This document shows positions 18,644 to 29,466 of a DNA stretch of 64,000 bases, in pieces (the first letter of the stretch is position 1; every line of letters begins with the position of its first letter). The translations under genes were made by a program, and so were the position numbers. Origin of the DNA: an uncultured Rhodobacteraceae bacterium. Its GTDB lineage: Bacteria > Pseudomonadota > Alphaproteobacteria > Rhodobacterales > Rhodobacteraceae. Under the pieces are notes generated by a model, which had not been told where the DNA came from, made no database searches, and saw only the letters and a list, made by a program, of their open reading frames with translations. Where the stretch lies: NCBI GenBank assembly GCA_965657135.1, contig CBFHNF010000003.1, positions 6,836 to 70,835 on the forward strand. The letters run 5' to 3'.

Positions 18644-20803
18644 TTATGCAAAGGCGTCCCCAAAGCTATTCCTATACAGCGCGCTGAGCTCGGCCAAGTC
18701 GGCTTCTGAGCCACCGAATTTAACGGATGTGCCGCCAAATCGACCAACTGAGTGCAGGGATAGGCCAGCCTGGTTGGCCGCAGCCATCAGAGCCTCGGCT
18801 TGGTCAAAATTGCAGGCGATCAAATATCGTGCCTGATCTTCGCCAAACAGCGTGGCAGTATCACTGGCATCGAGCGTTACACCAACTCCGGATACTTCGG
18901 CCATCTCAAATGCAGCAAGTGCGAGCCCCCCATCGCTTAGATCTGTACAAGCCCGGATTATGTTACGATTTGCCAGAATGAATTCGCCGTGCGCCGACTC
19001 TTGTTCTAGATCAACGTTCGGGGCATCCCCATCTTCACGATTAAAGACCTCAGCCAAGAGTGCTGATTGCCCCAAGTGACCAGTTGTTTCGCCTAATACC
19101 AAGGCGACATGTCCATCACGCGCACGATCCAAAATGGGGGTTTCATCCGCAGCGATTAAACCAACTGCGCCAATTGTTGGTGTCGGTAAAATAGCGTTCC
19201 CGTCAGTTTCGTTATAAAGACTTACGTTTCCCGAAACGATTGGCATATTCAATGCAGCAACCGCCGATCCAATCCCCGTGATTGCACCCACGAATTGACC
19301 CATGATCTCGGGCTTTTCGGGATTACCAAAGTTTAAATTATCCGTACTGGCTAAGGGGCGGGCGCCAACGGAAATCAAATTACGATAGGCTTCTGCGACC
19401 GCTTGGCGTCCACCCATTTCAGGATTAGCCTTGACGTAACGCGGTGTTACGTCTGATGTAAATGCCAGTTTTTTGCCAGTACCATGAACGCGAATAACGC
19501 CCGCACCGAACCCTGGGCGCTCGGCCGTATCTGCCATGACCTGGCTATCATACTGTTCATAGACCCATTGCTTGGAGCTATAGTTTACAGAGCCAATCAA
19601 TGCCTTAAGGGCGTCAATCGGGTCGATTTCTGGGACGTCATCCATCTTCTCTGGAGCAGGTGTTTCAACCCATGGACGGTCATATTCCGGTGCATTTCCG
19701 GATAAGGCACGCAAAGGTAAGTCTGCTTTACATTCACCATTATGCATAATCAAGAAACGGTCTTCTGACAGGGTCTCACCAACAATCGCGAAATCTAAAT
19801 CCCATTTGTCAAAGACAGCTTTGGCTTCGGTCTCTTTTTCAGGGCGTAATACCATCAACATGCGCTCTTGAGATTCAGAAAGCATCATTTCATAAGCGGT
19901 CATGTTGGGTTCGCGTGTTGGAACTTTTTCTAAATCAAGACGAATGCCAAGTTGGCCTTTGTCTCCCATTTCAACAGCCGAGCAGGTCAGACCTGCAGCG
20001 CCCATATCTTGGATGGAGATAACAGCACCCGTTTGCATCAGTTCCAAACAAGCTTCCATGAGACGTTTTTCAGTGAATGGATCACCAACCTGAACAGTTG
20101 GGCGTTTCTCTTCAATTGTATCATCAAATTCGGCGCTGGCCATCGTTGCACCGCCCACACCATCGCGGCCGGTTTTCGCACCCAAATATACCACAGGCAT
20201 ACCTACGCCTGAGGCCGCGGAATAAAAGATTTTGTCTGTGTCCGCCAATCCCGCTGCAAAAGCGTTCACCAAACAGTTGCCGTTGTAAGCGGGGTGAAAA
20301 CGTACTTCACCACCTACGGTTGGAACACCGAAGCAGTTTCCATAACCACCCACACCTTCGACGACCCCATGCACCAATTGACGTGTTTTTGGATGTGATT
20401 TTTCACCAAATGACAGTGCGTTCATTGCCGCAATTGGCCGTGCACCCATGGTAAAAACATCCCGCAAAATACCTCCGACACCTGTCGCGGCACCCTGGTA
20501 GGGTTCGATGTATGAGGGGTGATTGTGACTTTCCATCTTGAAAACAACGGCCTGTCCGTCACCGATATCAACGATACCAGCGTTTTCACCAGGGCCACAA
20601 ATCACTTGCGGGCCTTCTGTAGGCAAAGTACGAAGCCACTTTTTTGAGGATTTATAAGAGCAATGTTCATTCCACATTGCGGAAAAAATACCAAGTTCAG
20701 TAAATGTTGGTTCACGTCCGATGATATCTAGGATTAGTTGGTATTCGTCTTGTTTTAACCCATGCGCATCGATCAGTTCGGGTGTGATTTTTGGTTCGCT
20801 CAT
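18644..20803 (-). CDS. purL: phosphoribosylformylglycinamidine synthase subunit PurL
   Basis: [44 protein letters not shown]. Confidence 0.97.
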   Translation of the reverse strand: MSEPKITPELIDAHGLKQDEYQLILDIIGREPTFTELGIFSAMWNEHCSYKSSKKWLRTLPTEGPQVICGPGENAGIVDIGDGQAVVFKMESHNHPSYIEPYQGAATGVGGILRDVFTMGARPIAAMNALSFGEKSHPKTRQLVHGVVEGVGGYGNCFGVPTVGGEVRFHPAYNGNCLVNAFAAGLADTDKIFYSAASGVGMPVVYLGAKTGRDGVGGATMASAEFDDTIEEKRPTVQVGDPFTEKRLMEACLELMQTGAVISIQDMGAAGLTCSAVEMGDKGQLGIRLDLEKVPTREPNMTAYEMMLSESQERMLMVLRPEKETEAKAVFDKWDLDFAIVGETLSEDRFLIMHNGECKADLPLRALSGNAPEYDRPWVETPAPEKMDDVPEIDPIDALKALIGSVNYSSKQWVYEQYDSQVMADTAERPGFGAGVIRVHGTGKKLAFTSDVTPRYVKANPEMGGRQAVAEAYRNLISVGARPLASTDNLNFGNPEKPEIMGQFVGAITGIGSAVAALNMPIVSGNVSLYNETDGNAILPTPTIGAVGLIAADETPILDRARDGHVALVLGETTGHLGQSALLAEVFNREDGDAPNVDLEQESAHGEFILANRNIIRACTDLSDGGLALAAFEMAEVSGVGVTLDASDTATLFGEDQARYLIACNFDQAEALMAAANQAGLSLHSVGRFGGTSVKFGGSEADLAELSALYRNSFGDAFA

Positions 20804-20882
20804 AATGGCCCCTTAAACGTCATGCGCATCGTTTATGACATCACGCGAAAAAGGGCAACATTCACACTGATCAGATTTGGAC

Positions 20883-20951
20883 AAAAAAAAGGGCCGAGCA
20901 AGCTCGGCCTTAGTCCAACAGGGAGGTATGAAGACGCAAAATCGTCTCCAT
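20883..20951 (-). ncRNA. candidate ~70-nt trans-acting sRNA with anti-Shine-Dalgarno motif (SorY/AbcR-like locus between LysR and purL)
   Basis: Minus strand: promoter TTGCAT-N17-TATACC, 5' hairpin TGGAGACG/CGTCTTCA, single-stranded ACCTCCCTGTTGG, terminator GGCCGAGC-tt-GCTCGGCC followed by C and T8. Confidence 0.65.
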
Positions 20952-20957
20952 AGGCGT

Positions 20958-20986
20958 GGTATAAGGATTGTTTTTAACACATGCAA
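20958..20986 (-). promoter_or_regulatory. sigma70-like promoter of the candidate sRNA
   Basis: -35 TTGCAT (20986-20981), 17-nt spacer, -10 TATACC (20963-20958). Confidence 0.5.
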
Positions 20987-20994
20987 GAAAAAGA

Positions 20995-21034
20995 ATGCTG
21001 CGATTGCAGCATATCCGCTATGCATTTTTTGCAT
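20995..21034. promoter_or_regulatory. tandem palindromes, candidate LysR binding sites upstream of the sRNA promoter
   Basis: ATGCTGC-gatt-GCAGCAT (20995-21012) and ATGCA-ttttt-TGCAT (21020-21034, contains T-N11-A). Confidence 0.5.
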
Positions 21035-21044
21035 GGCTGCCGAT

Positions 21045-21953
21045 TTATTGTGAAATTTCTCCGTTACGTAATGCGCGGCGATAATCGATAATCTCGTCTT
21101 GGACGAAATCGCGAAACGCAGCTACCCGCTTTGAGTGGCGCAATTCTTCCGGGTAGGCCAGATAAACAGGTACTTCCACAGACTCTAAGTCTTCTAATAC
21201 GCGAACAACCCCTTCAAAATCCAATGTGATATAATCTGGTAAGATGCCAATCCCAAGATCATGGATAACAGCCTGCAAAACACCAAAATAGTTATTCACA
21301 GTTAACATTGAGGGTAGGTCAAATGTCATGAGTTTTTGAGTAAGGGCAAGACCCGCGCTTACTTGGGCGGATCGTGGATGCTGGCAAATCAATCTATGAT
21401 GTATCATATCTTCAATGCTGTCAGGAATACCATGCGTTTGGATATAGGTTGGTGATGCATATAGGCGCATCCGAACACTCATTAATCGTTTTCGAATTAA
21501 GTCTGCCTGCGAGGGTTCCTTCATGCGAATTGCCACGTCTGCCTCGCGCATCGGAAGGTCTAAGACGCGCTCCTCCAACATAAGATCAATTTTTAGGTCG
21601 GGATATTTTTCGTATAGTTTCGGCAAGCGTGGTGCAAGCCAAAGCGATCCAAATCCAGTTGAGGTGGTCACGCGTAACTCACCAAAAACTTCTTCTTCGC
21701 TGTCCTTTATACGCGCCTCTGCTGCCTCTAACCGTTTTACCATCGATTGAGTGGCGTCAAATAGTAGTTCGCCTTGTTCGGTCAGGATCAACCCACGTGC
21801 ATGACGATGGAAAAGGTTAGTGTTGAGTGATTCTTCTAATGCGCGCACCTGACGTGATACCGCTGATTGAGATAATCGAAGTGTATCACCAGCATGCGTC
21901 AGGCTTCCTGCGTCAGCAACAGCATGAAAAATACGCAGTTTATCCCAATCCAT
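21045..21953 (-). CDS. LysR-type regulator, VtlR/LsrB-like
   Basis: MDWDKLRIFHAVADAGSLTHA...LSQSAVSRQV...LFHRHARGLILTEQGE is typical of the alphaproteobacterial VtlR/LsrB group; start at 21953. Confidence 0.88.
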   Translation of the reverse strand: MDWDKLRIFHAVADAGSLTHAGDTLRLSQSAVSRQVRALEESLNTNLFHRHARGLILTEQGELLFDATQSMVKRLEAAEARIKDSEEEVFGELRVTTSTGFGSLWLAPRLPKLYEKYPDLKIDLMLEERVLDLPMREADVAIRMKEPSQADLIRKRLMSVRMRLYASPTYIQTHGIPDSIEDMIHHRLICQHPRSAQVSAGLALTQKLMTFDLPSMLTVNNYFGVLQAVIHDLGIGILPDYITLDFEGVVRVLEDLESVEVPVYLAYPEELRHSKRVAAFRDFVQDEIIDYRRALRNGEISQ

Positions 21954-22098
21954 CTCGTTTGCTCCGTTTTTTGTATTGATGACATGATTCTGTTCATTGT
22001 CATATTGAACTGGTAACATGACGCAGCGTTCAAAATAAATCTATAGCTTGGTCAGAAAAGCTGACCTATAATTTGAATAACCGATGGGAGGTCATTCG

Positions 22099-25000
22099 AT
22101 GAGCACGTCTAAGATTTCACTAACTGATAAATATGATATCAACACGCATCAGGTTTTGCTAAACGGAACACAGGCGCTGGTTCGTTTAATGATTGCGCAA
22201 AAATATCGTGATAAACAGGCGGGTTTAAACACTGCAGGTTACGTGACAGGCTACCGAGGTTCGCCACTGGGCGCTGTCGATTTCCAAATGAGACGTGCGG
22301 GACAGGTTCTTCCCGAAAATGACATCACCTTTCAGGAAGGGTTGAACGAAGATTTGGCGGCAACGGCACTTTGGGGTGCGCAGCAGGCGGAATTGCGCGG
22401 TGAGGGGCGCTTTGATGGTGTTTTTGGACTTTGGTACGGAAAAGGCCCAGGTGTCGACAGATCAGGCGATGTGATGCGTCACGCAAATATGGCGGGATCA
22501 TCTAAAAATGGTGGGGTAATTATGGCCATGGGTGATGATCACACGGGTGAAAGCTCGACCGTGTTGCATCAATCAGATTGGGCCATGGTGGATGCTTCGA
22601 TGCCCGTTATTTCACCAGCAGGTGTTCAGGAAATTTTGGATTATGGGCATTATGGTTATGCGCTATCGCGCTTTGCGGGCGTTTGGGTCGGCCTGAAAAC
22701 CATGAAAGACACGATCGAGGTGACATCGGTCGTGGACGGTGACCCAAATCGAATGCAATTCCAAAACCCCGACATTGAGATGCCAGAGGGCGGTTTGAAT
22801 ATTCGTCTCGTTGATTTGCCCGTTGATCAAGAGGCGCGCTTGCTTCGGCATAAAATTAGCGCTGCAGAAGCCTTCGCACGCAAAAATCGCATTGATCAAC
22901 GCGGATTAGGACAAGCAGGGGCCAAAATAGGTGTCGTTTCTGCAGGCAAAAATTGGTTGGATGTGCAGCATGCGATGTCCGTGCTGGGGATTGATCAACA
23001 AGAGGCAATCCGCCTTGGGATTACAACATACAAAGTTGTTCAAACCTGGCCACTGGATAAAACGAGTTTGCGCGAATGGGCCACAGGGTTGGATTTGATC
23101 ATTGTGGTTGAGGAAAAACGAAAATTGATAGAACCCCAGATCAAGGACGCCTTGTTCCATGATGCCAATCATTGCCGCGTTTACGGTGGTGAAAAGGGTG
23201 AATTGGGGATACTATTGTTTCCATCAGAAGGGGCGCTGGATCCAATCGATATCGCGCAATCCTTGGGCGAAATCTTTGTTGAAGAGGGGTGCAGTGGGCA
23301 AAAAATTACTGATGGACTGGCGCAGGTTTCAAATGCAAAACACGCAGATAACGCCAGTGATCTGGCTGCGCGATTGCCATACTTTTGTGCCGGTTGCCCA
23401 CATAATTCATCGACAAAGGTTCCGGAAGGCTCTCGTGCCTACGCAGGGATAGGGTGCCACTACATGGCGCAATGGATGGAGCGGGACACATTGGGATACA
23501 CCCACATGGGAGCCGAAGGTGCCAATTGGATCGGTGAATCCCTGTTTTCCAAACGTGAACATGTGTTTCAAAATATTGGGGATGGCACCTATAACCATTC
23601 TGGAATTCAGGCAATCCGCGCGGCTGTGAGCGCGGGCACGAATATTACATACAAAATTCTTTATAACGACGCAGTTGCCATGACAGGTGGCCAAGGCAAT
23701 GATGGCGGTTTGGATGCTCCACGTATTGCACGTGAACTTCAGGCAATGGGCGTCAAGAAGCTGGTCGTTGTTTATGATGACAAAGAGGATTTGGATCTAA
23801 CAGCCTTTCCCAGCAATGTGGAAACGCATGAACGGGCGAACCTGATGGCCGTTCAAAGAGAATTGCGTGAAATCAAAGGTGTGAGCGCCATTGTTTATGT
23901 CCAAACTTGTGCTGCAGAAAAGCGTCGTCGCCGCAAACGCGGTTTGTTACCTGATCCTGATAAGCGCATTTTTATCAATACTGATGTGTGTGAAGGTTGT
24001 GGGGATTGTGGTGTTCAATCGAACTGTGTGGCGATTACCCCAGTTGAAACGGAATTCGGCCGTAAACGCGCGATTGATCAATCGGCCTGTAACAAGGACT
24101 TTAGTTGTTTGAATGGTTTTTGTCCTTCGTTTGTTTCACTTCCGGGTGCAACACCTAAGAAGAAGGCGCGCGCAAATTTCGAACTCCCCGACATTGCCGA
24201 TCCAAAGATTCCCGCAATTCCTGCAGGTGAAACGTTTAACATCATCACAACAGGTGTTGGTGGCACTGGAGTTGTGACAATCGGAGCATTGCTTGCGCAA
24301 GCTGCGCAAATAGACGGCAAGGGCGCAGGGATGATGGAAATGGCTGGCCTTGCTCAAAAAGGTGGGGCGGTTCATGTGCATTGTCGTATCGCCAATCAAC
24401 CGCAGGATATTTCCGCAATTCGTGTGGCAACGGGTGAATGCGATGCCCTGATTGGTGGGGATTTGGTCGTAAGTTCAGGAGCAAAAACAATTGGATTAAC
24501 TTCGACAGGACGGACAGGTGCCGTCGTAAATGATCATGAAATCGTCACTGGAGATTTTACCAGAGATACCGAATTTACAATTCCAAATGATCGTTTACGC
24601 CTTACTTTGGAGGCGCGCATCAAAGATAGACTTGTTTTGATGGATGCGACACAACTGGCCGGAACACTTTTGGGGGATTCCATTTATTCGAACATGGTGG
24701 TGTTTGGGGCATCATGGCAAATGGGGTTCATTCCGCTAAGCCGTGCGTCACTATACGAAGCAATCACGCTAAACGGGGCAAAAATAGAACAAAACAAACG
24801 TGCCTTTGAAATTGGACGTTGGGCAGCGGCTCATCCTGATGATGCCCACAAAATGCTGATGTCCGAGGTGGTGACATTACCAAAAAATGGATCAGATGCA
24901 ATTGCAAATCGGATAGATCATTTGCGTGATTACCAAGGTGATCGTTTGGCAAAACGTTATGAAAAATTCCTTGCTCAAATCGACAACCCGAGTCTACGGG

Positions 25001-25509
25001 ATGCTGTTGCATTGGGTTATCATAAATTACTCTCGTATAAGGATGAGTATGAAGTTGCACGTCTGCATTTGTCGACTTTGCAAAAAGCACGTCAAAACTT
25101 TGATAACGTGACCCAAGTGAATTTCCATCTTGCTCCACCATTGCTGGGAGGGAAGGATGCGAATGGGCGACCGAAAAAACGCGAATTTGGTCCATGGATG
25201 CTGCACGCATTTAAACTTTTGACAAAACTAAAATCTCTTCGCGGAACGCCGCTGGACATGTTTGGCTATACAAGTGAACGACGTATGGAACGGGCACTTA
25301 TTGCGCAATACGAAAATGATTTCAAAAGTTTAGCACGTGATGTTCACAGTGCAAACCTTGATATGTTGATCGAGCTTGCATTGTTGCCTCTTTCGATACG
25401 AGGGTTTGGTCCGGTGAAACAAGAAAACGAAAAAAATGCTCAGGCTCGACGCGCTGAAATTTTGGAGATGATCCACAATAATGAAGCGAAACAACATGCA
25501 GCAGAGTAG
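22099..25509 (+). CDS. fused indolepyruvate/phenylpyruvate:ferredoxin oxidoreductase family protein (IorA-IorB fusion)
   Basis: GYRGSPLG, YFCAGCPHN, GIGCHYM, GDGTYNHSG (TPP), CEGCGDC..SNC, CNKDFSCL.GFCPSF, GVGGTGV; GGGAGG RBS before ATG 22099. Confidence 0.92.
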   Translation: MSTSKISLTDKYDINTHQVLLNGTQALVRLMIAQKYRDKQAGLNTAGYVTGYRGSPLGAVDFQMRRAGQVLPENDITFQEGLNEDLAATALWGAQQAELRGEGRFDGVFGLWYGKGPGVDRSGDVMRHANMAGSSKNGGVIMAMGDDHTGESSTVLHQSDWAMVDASMPVISPAGVQEILDYGHYGYALSRFAGVWVGLKTMKDTIEVTSVVDGDPNRMQFQNPDIEMPEGGLNIRLVDLPVDQEARLLRHKISAAEAFARKNRIDQRGLGQAGAKIGVVSAGKNWLDVQHAMSVLGIDQQEAIRLGITTYKVVQTWPLDKTSLREWATGLDLIIVVEEKRKLIEPQIKDALFHDANHCRVYGGEKGELGILLFPSEGALDPIDIAQSLGEIFVEEGCSGQKITDGLAQVSNAKHADNASDLAARLPYFCAGCPHNSSTKVPEGSRAYAGIGCHYMAQWMERDTLGYTHMGAEGANWIGESLFSKREHVFQNIGDGTYNHSGIQAIRAAVSAGTNITYKILYNDAVAMTGGQGNDGGLDAPRIARELQAMGVKKLVVVYDDKEDLDLTAFPSNVETHERANLMAVQRELREIKGVSAIVYVQTCAAEKRRRRKRGLLPDPDKRIFINTDVCEGCGDCGVQSNCVAITPVETEFGRKRAIDQSACNKDFSCLNGFCPSFVSLPGATPKKKARANFELPDIADPKIPAIPAGETFNIITTGVGGTGVVTIGALLAQAAQIDGKGAGMMEMAGLAQKGGAVHVHCRIANQPQDISAIRVATGECDALIGGDLVVSSGAKTIGLTSTGRTGAVVNDHEIVTGDFTRDTEFTIPNDRLRLTLEARIKDRLVLMDATQLAGTLLGDSIYSNMVVFGASWQMGFIPLSRASLYEAITLNGAKIEQNKRAFEIGRWAAAHPDDAHKMLMSEVVTLPKNGSDAIANRIDHLRDYQGDRLAKRYEKFLAQIDNPSLRDAVALGYHKLLSYKDEYEVARLHLSTLQKARQNFDNVTQVNFHLAPPLLGGKDANGRPKKREFGPWMLHAFKLLTKLKSLRGTPLDMFGYTSERRMERALIAQYENDFKSLARDVHSANLDMLIELALLPLSIRGFGPVKQENEKNAQARRAEILEMIHNNEAKQHAAE

Positions 25510-25551
25510 TTAAGTTCCGCTGGAAAATTATTTTTGTCACTGATATAATCA

Positions 25552-26457
25552 GTGATCATTAATATTGAGCACGATGATATGCGAAGCCACAGACAAATTG
25601 CACGTGACATAAGTTATGCCTATTCCGCACAAACACGCGGCGGGCGTGCCATGATAAAATTGATGGAAAATGCGACGGGACGCGTTAGCCTGATTAAACG
25701 TGCGCGCGGGTACGAACATGATGTCGCCAACGGTGATGATTTTTGGCAAGTCATGGTGCGCCGCTATGGGTTGGATTTAGACGTCATTGGCGGCAGCCTT
25801 AATAACATCCCCAAGGACAAGCCGCTGGTTGTAATTGCCAATCATCCGTATGGAATTTTGGATGGTTTGATGTTGGGGCATATACTGACACAAACACGGG
25901 GTGATTTCCGTATTTTAGCGCATAAGGTTTTTCGCAAGGCCGAAGATCTAAACCGTGTTATTTTGCCAATTTCGTTTGATGAAACCAAAGAGGCCGTAAA
26001 GCTAAATTTGGAAACGCGCAAGACCGCACTGGATTATTTGAACAATGGTGGTGCGATTGGCATTTTTCCGGGTGGTACGGTGTCCACGGCGGCCAAACCA
26101 TTTTCGCATCCGATGGATCCTGCATGGCGCTCGTTCACAGCGCGCTTAATTGCAAAATCAGGTGCAACCGTTGTTCCCATATTTTTCGATGGCTCCAATT
26201 CGCGTTTGTTCCAGTATGCGAGCCGAGTTCATTATACATTGCGGATGGGGTTATTGATCAAAGAGTTTCGTTCGCGCGTGGGTACACCCGTTCGTGTCGC
26301 GATAGGGGAGCCGATTGATCCAAGTGAAATTAAGGCGCGTGAAAAAGACGCGCGTGCACTCATGGATTATCTGCGACAAGAGACATATAAGCTGTCACCA
26401 ACCCCATTAAAGTCATTGGATTATGGCTTTGAATTTGAAGAAAAACATAAATCTTAG
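25552..26457 (+). CDS. lysophospholipid acyltransferase (LPLAT) family protein
   Basis: ANHPYGILDG (HX4D) and IFPGG motifs; the start may be ATG 25579. Confidence 0.85.
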   Translation: MIINIEHDDMRSHRQIARDISYAYSAQTRGGRAMIKLMENATGRVSLIKRARGYEHDVANGDDFWQVMVRRYGLDLDVIGGSLNNIPKDKPLVVIANHPYGILDGLMLGHILTQTRGDFRILAHKVFRKAEDLNRVILPISFDETKEAVKLNLETRKTALDYLNNGGAIGIFPGGTVSTAAKPFSHPMDPAWRSFTARLIAKSGATVVPIFFDGSNSRLFQYASRVHYTLRMGLLIKEFRSRVGTPVRVAIGEPIDPSEIKAREKDARALMDYLRQETYKLSPTPLKSLDYGFEFEEKHKS

Positions 26458-26470
26458 AAAGTAGTGCCAT

Positions 26471-27283
26471 ATGGCCGTTGGTATTTTTGATAGTGGTCTG
26501 GGTGGGCTGACCGTGCATAGCGCTGTGTCTGCCCGTTTACCCGAGGTTCCATTCGTATATTTTGGTGATAGTGCCCACGCGCCCTATGGGGTGCGGGACG
26601 CAGATGATGTTTATACCCTGACGACGCGTGCTGTTGAACGGTTATGGGACGAAGGATGCGATTTGGTCATCCTTGCATGTAATACTGCATCTGCAGCGGC
26701 TCTGCGCCGGATGCAGGAAAGTTGGATTCCAACCGATAAACGTGTTTTGGGTGTTTTTGTTCCACTTATTGAGGCTTTGACGGAACGTCGTTGGGGCGAC
26801 AATTCTCCTCCGCGAGAGGTTGGAATACAAAACGTTGCGCTTTTTGCAACACCTGCCACGGTGGCAAGTCGTGCATTTCAACGTGAATTGGCGTTCCGCG
26901 CGATTGGCGTCGATGTCGAGGCCCAAGCTTGCGGTGGTGTTGTGGATGCTATTGAGGATGGAGATTTCATTTTGGCCGAGGCTTTGGTGCGTTCACATGT
27001 GGATGCACTTAAACGAAAAATGCCAAACCCACAGGCCGCAATTTTGGGATGTACGCATTACCCGTTGATGGCACAAACCTTTGCCGATTCATTGGGTCAT
27101 GATGTCAAAGTTTATTCTCAGGCCAATATTGTGGCTGAAAGCCTTGCAGATTATTTGCAAAGGCATCCGAAAATGATTGGCGCGGGAACAAAAAGTAGAT
27201 ACTTGACCACAGGCGACCCGCAGACCGTTTCATCACGGGCCACCCAGTTTTTAAAACGTGAAATTAAATTCGTATCCGCTTAA
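26471..27283 (+). CDS. murI: glutamate racemase
   Basis: [25 protein letters not shown]. Confidence 0.95.
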   Translation: MAVGIFDSGLGGLTVHSAVSARLPEVPFVYFGDSAHAPYGVRDADDVYTLTTRAVERLWDEGCDLVILACNTASAAALRRMQESWIPTDKRVLGVFVPLIEALTERRWGDNSPPREVGIQNVALFATPATVASRAFQRELAFRAIGVDVEAQACGGVVDAIEDGDFILAEALVRSHVDALKRKMPNPQAAILGCTHYPLMAQTFADSLGHDVKVYSQANIVAESLADYLQRHPKMIGAGTKSRYLTTGDPQTVSSRATQFLKREIKFVSA

Positions 27284-27299
27284 TATTAGGAGAAAGCAA

Positions 27300-28325
27300 A
27301 TGAACAAGCAAATCGCGATCCTTGGTGCATCTGGTTATACAGGTGCCGAGCTTGTTCGATTGGTGCAGTCTCATCCAAATATGGACATTGTAGCACTGGC
27401 GGCGGATCGAAAAGCAGGACAACCGATGGCGTCGGTTTTTCCGCATCTCGCACATTTAGAATTGCCAAATTTGGTGCGGATTGAAGATATCGATTATTCC
27501 AAAATCGATTTGGTATTTTGTGGATTGCCTCATGGAGTTGCCCAAGATTTCGTGAGGACAGTTCCCGACCATGTAAAAATAGTTGATCTATCCCCAGATT
27601 TTCGGCTTCAAGATGGTGCATCGTATGAAAAATGGTATCGTTCTCCGCATAAGGCGTTGGATCTTCAAGCTTCTGCCGTTCTGGGTTTGCCTGAAGTTTA
27701 TCGGGATAACATTAAAACAGCCCGCATTGTTGCGAATACAGGGTGCTTTGTAGCAACCTCTCTTTTACCACTGATCCCTGCGTTAAAAGGAAACGTCATC
27801 GAAAGCGATCCCATTATTATTGATGCAAAATCAGGTGTTTCTGGTGCTGGCCGTGGCCTAAACGAACCAATGCTGTATTCAGAGGCGAACGAAGGGTTCA
27901 AGGCTTATGGAGTTGCGCACCATCGTCATATGGGCGAATTGGATCAGGAGTTATCAAAGGCGGCAGGCACACCTGTTTGCGCAACCTTTACACCACATTT
28001 GGTTCCCATGACTCGCGGCATGCAGGCGACCATCTATGCGAAAGGGAACGCAGACAGTGTCCGCGCGCATTTAGCGTCGGTTTACAATAATGAACCTTTT
28101 GTACATGTCTTAGAGGCAGGCGAAATTCCTCAAACCCAACATGTAAAGGGATCAAATTTGTGCCGCATCTCTGTTTTCGCCGATCGTCAAGCCGAACGTG
28201 TGATCATTCTGTCGGTACTTGACAATTTGATGAAAGGCGCGTCTGGTCAGGCCGTTCAAAATGCTAACATCATGCTGGATCTGCCAGAAACGGCAGGCTT
28301 GGGCATGGTTCCAGTTTTCCCGTGA
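27300..28325 (+). CDS. argC: N-acetyl-gamma-glutamyl-phosphate reductase
   Basis: ILGASGYTG, LPHG, ANTGCF, SGVSGAGR, DNLMKGASGQAVQN; AGGAG RBS before ATG 27300. Confidence 0.95.
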   Translation: MNKQIAILGASGYTGAELVRLVQSHPNMDIVALAADRKAGQPMASVFPHLAHLELPNLVRIEDIDYSKIDLVFCGLPHGVAQDFVRTVPDHVKIVDLSPDFRLQDGASYEKWYRSPHKALDLQASAVLGLPEVYRDNIKTARIVANTGCFVATSLLPLIPALKGNVIESDPIIIDAKSGVSGAGRGLNEPMLYSEANEGFKAYGVAHHRHMGELDQELSKAAGTPVCATFTPHLVPMTRGMQATIYAKGNADSVRAHLASVYNNEPFVHVLEAGEIPQTQHVKGSNLCRISVFADRQAERVIILSVLDNLMKGASGQAVQNANIMLDLPETAGLGMVPVFP

Positions 28326-28332
28326 GGTTGAC

Positions 28333-28776
28333 ATGAGATCCCTAAAGAAAACACGAAGAATTCAAATTATTATCTTGGCCTTTGTGTCGCTGGCTATTTC
28401 AACTGGTTTGATCGGTTACGCGATGCGTGATGGTATAAACTTCTTCCGCTCGCCCTCACAAGTTATAGCTGAACCGCCCAGTGCAAGTGAAGTGTTCCGC
28501 ATTGGTGGCCTAGTCGCTGAAGGTAGTATCGTCCGCGGGCAGGGGGAAGAAGTTCAATTTTCTGTAACCGATGGCGGCGCGACGGTTCCTGTTTTATTCA
28601 CAGGGATACTGCCAGATTTGTTTGAGGAAAATCAGGGCATGGTTGGCACAGGTAGATATGTAAACGGTGTTTTTGTGGCAACTGAAATTTTGGCAAAACA
28701 TGATGAAACATACATGCCAAAAGAAGTCATTGATGCTCTGAAAGAGCAGGGAACCTATGTTGATCCCAATAGTTAA
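28333..28776 (+). CDS. ccmE: cytochrome c maturation heme chaperone CcmE
   Basis: RIGGLV, LPDLFEENQG, EILAKHDETYMP. Confidence 0.95.
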   Translation: MRSLKKTRRIQIIILAFVSLAISTGLIGYAMRDGINFFRSPSQVIAEPPSASEVFRIGGLVAEGSIVRGQGEEVQFSVTDGGATVPVLFTGILPDLFEENQGMVGTGRYVNGVFVATEILAKHDETYMPKEVIDALKEQGTYVDPNS

Positions 28777-28854
28777 AGCTCTGCGAGCGTTGACTTAGGC
28801 TAACGTTTAAAGTTTTTGGAAAAGATTGATCCACAAGCAATTTGCAGGTGGGTC

Positions 28855-29466
28855 ATGCAAAATATAACAGACATTGCGAAAGATATCTTAAAAACTGAAG
28901 GCGGTTTTGTAAACGATCCGGATGATCCGGGTGGTCCTACAAATTACGGTGTAACGCTGAAAACTTTACACCGTTTGGGTCATGACTTGGATCAAAATGA
29001 GCGTGTGGATATTGCCGATCTAAAACGGCTAATCCCCGATCAGGCTGTTCAGATTTTTGTGCAAGAGTACTTTTATAAACAACAGATCGATCAACTGCCC
29101 CATATGCTTCACGCCTCTGTCTTTGATATGTATGTCAATACAGGAGCGCATGCGATTAAGGTGCTACAACGCACCTTGATCTTGTTTGACGCCGTGGTGT
29201 CTGTGGATGGTGTGATCGGGCCAATCACAATTGATGTAACGCAAACGGTGGCGCGAAGTGCGCCCGAACATCTTGTCGATGCCTATGGGATTGAGCGGGT
29301 GAATTATTACCTTTCACTGGCAGATGCGCGACCAAATATGCGAAAATATGCGCGCACGCGCAGTGGTGAAAAAGGCGGCTGGATCAAACGAGCAGAACGG
29401 TTTGTGCGCCCCAGGTTTCGGATGAGTCCAAACGCGTTCGTACAAAGGACAGCGGCATGGGGTTAA
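28855..29466 (+). CDS. holin-associated N-acetylmuramidase (GH108 / GTA-type endolysin)
   Basis: EGGFVNDPDDPGGPTNYGVT catalytic motif, VDGVIGP peptidoglycan-binding motif, GWIKRA; followed by a holin. Confidence 0.85.
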   Translation: MQNITDIAKDILKTEGGFVNDPDDPGGPTNYGVTLKTLHRLGHDLDQNERVDIADLKRLIPDQAVQIFVQEYFYKQQIDQLPHMLHASVFDMYVNTGAHAIKVLQRTLILFDAVVSVDGVIGPITIDVTQTVARSAPEHLVDAYGIERVNYYLSLADARPNMRKYARTRSGEKGGWIKRAERFVRPRFRMSPNAFVQRTAAWG

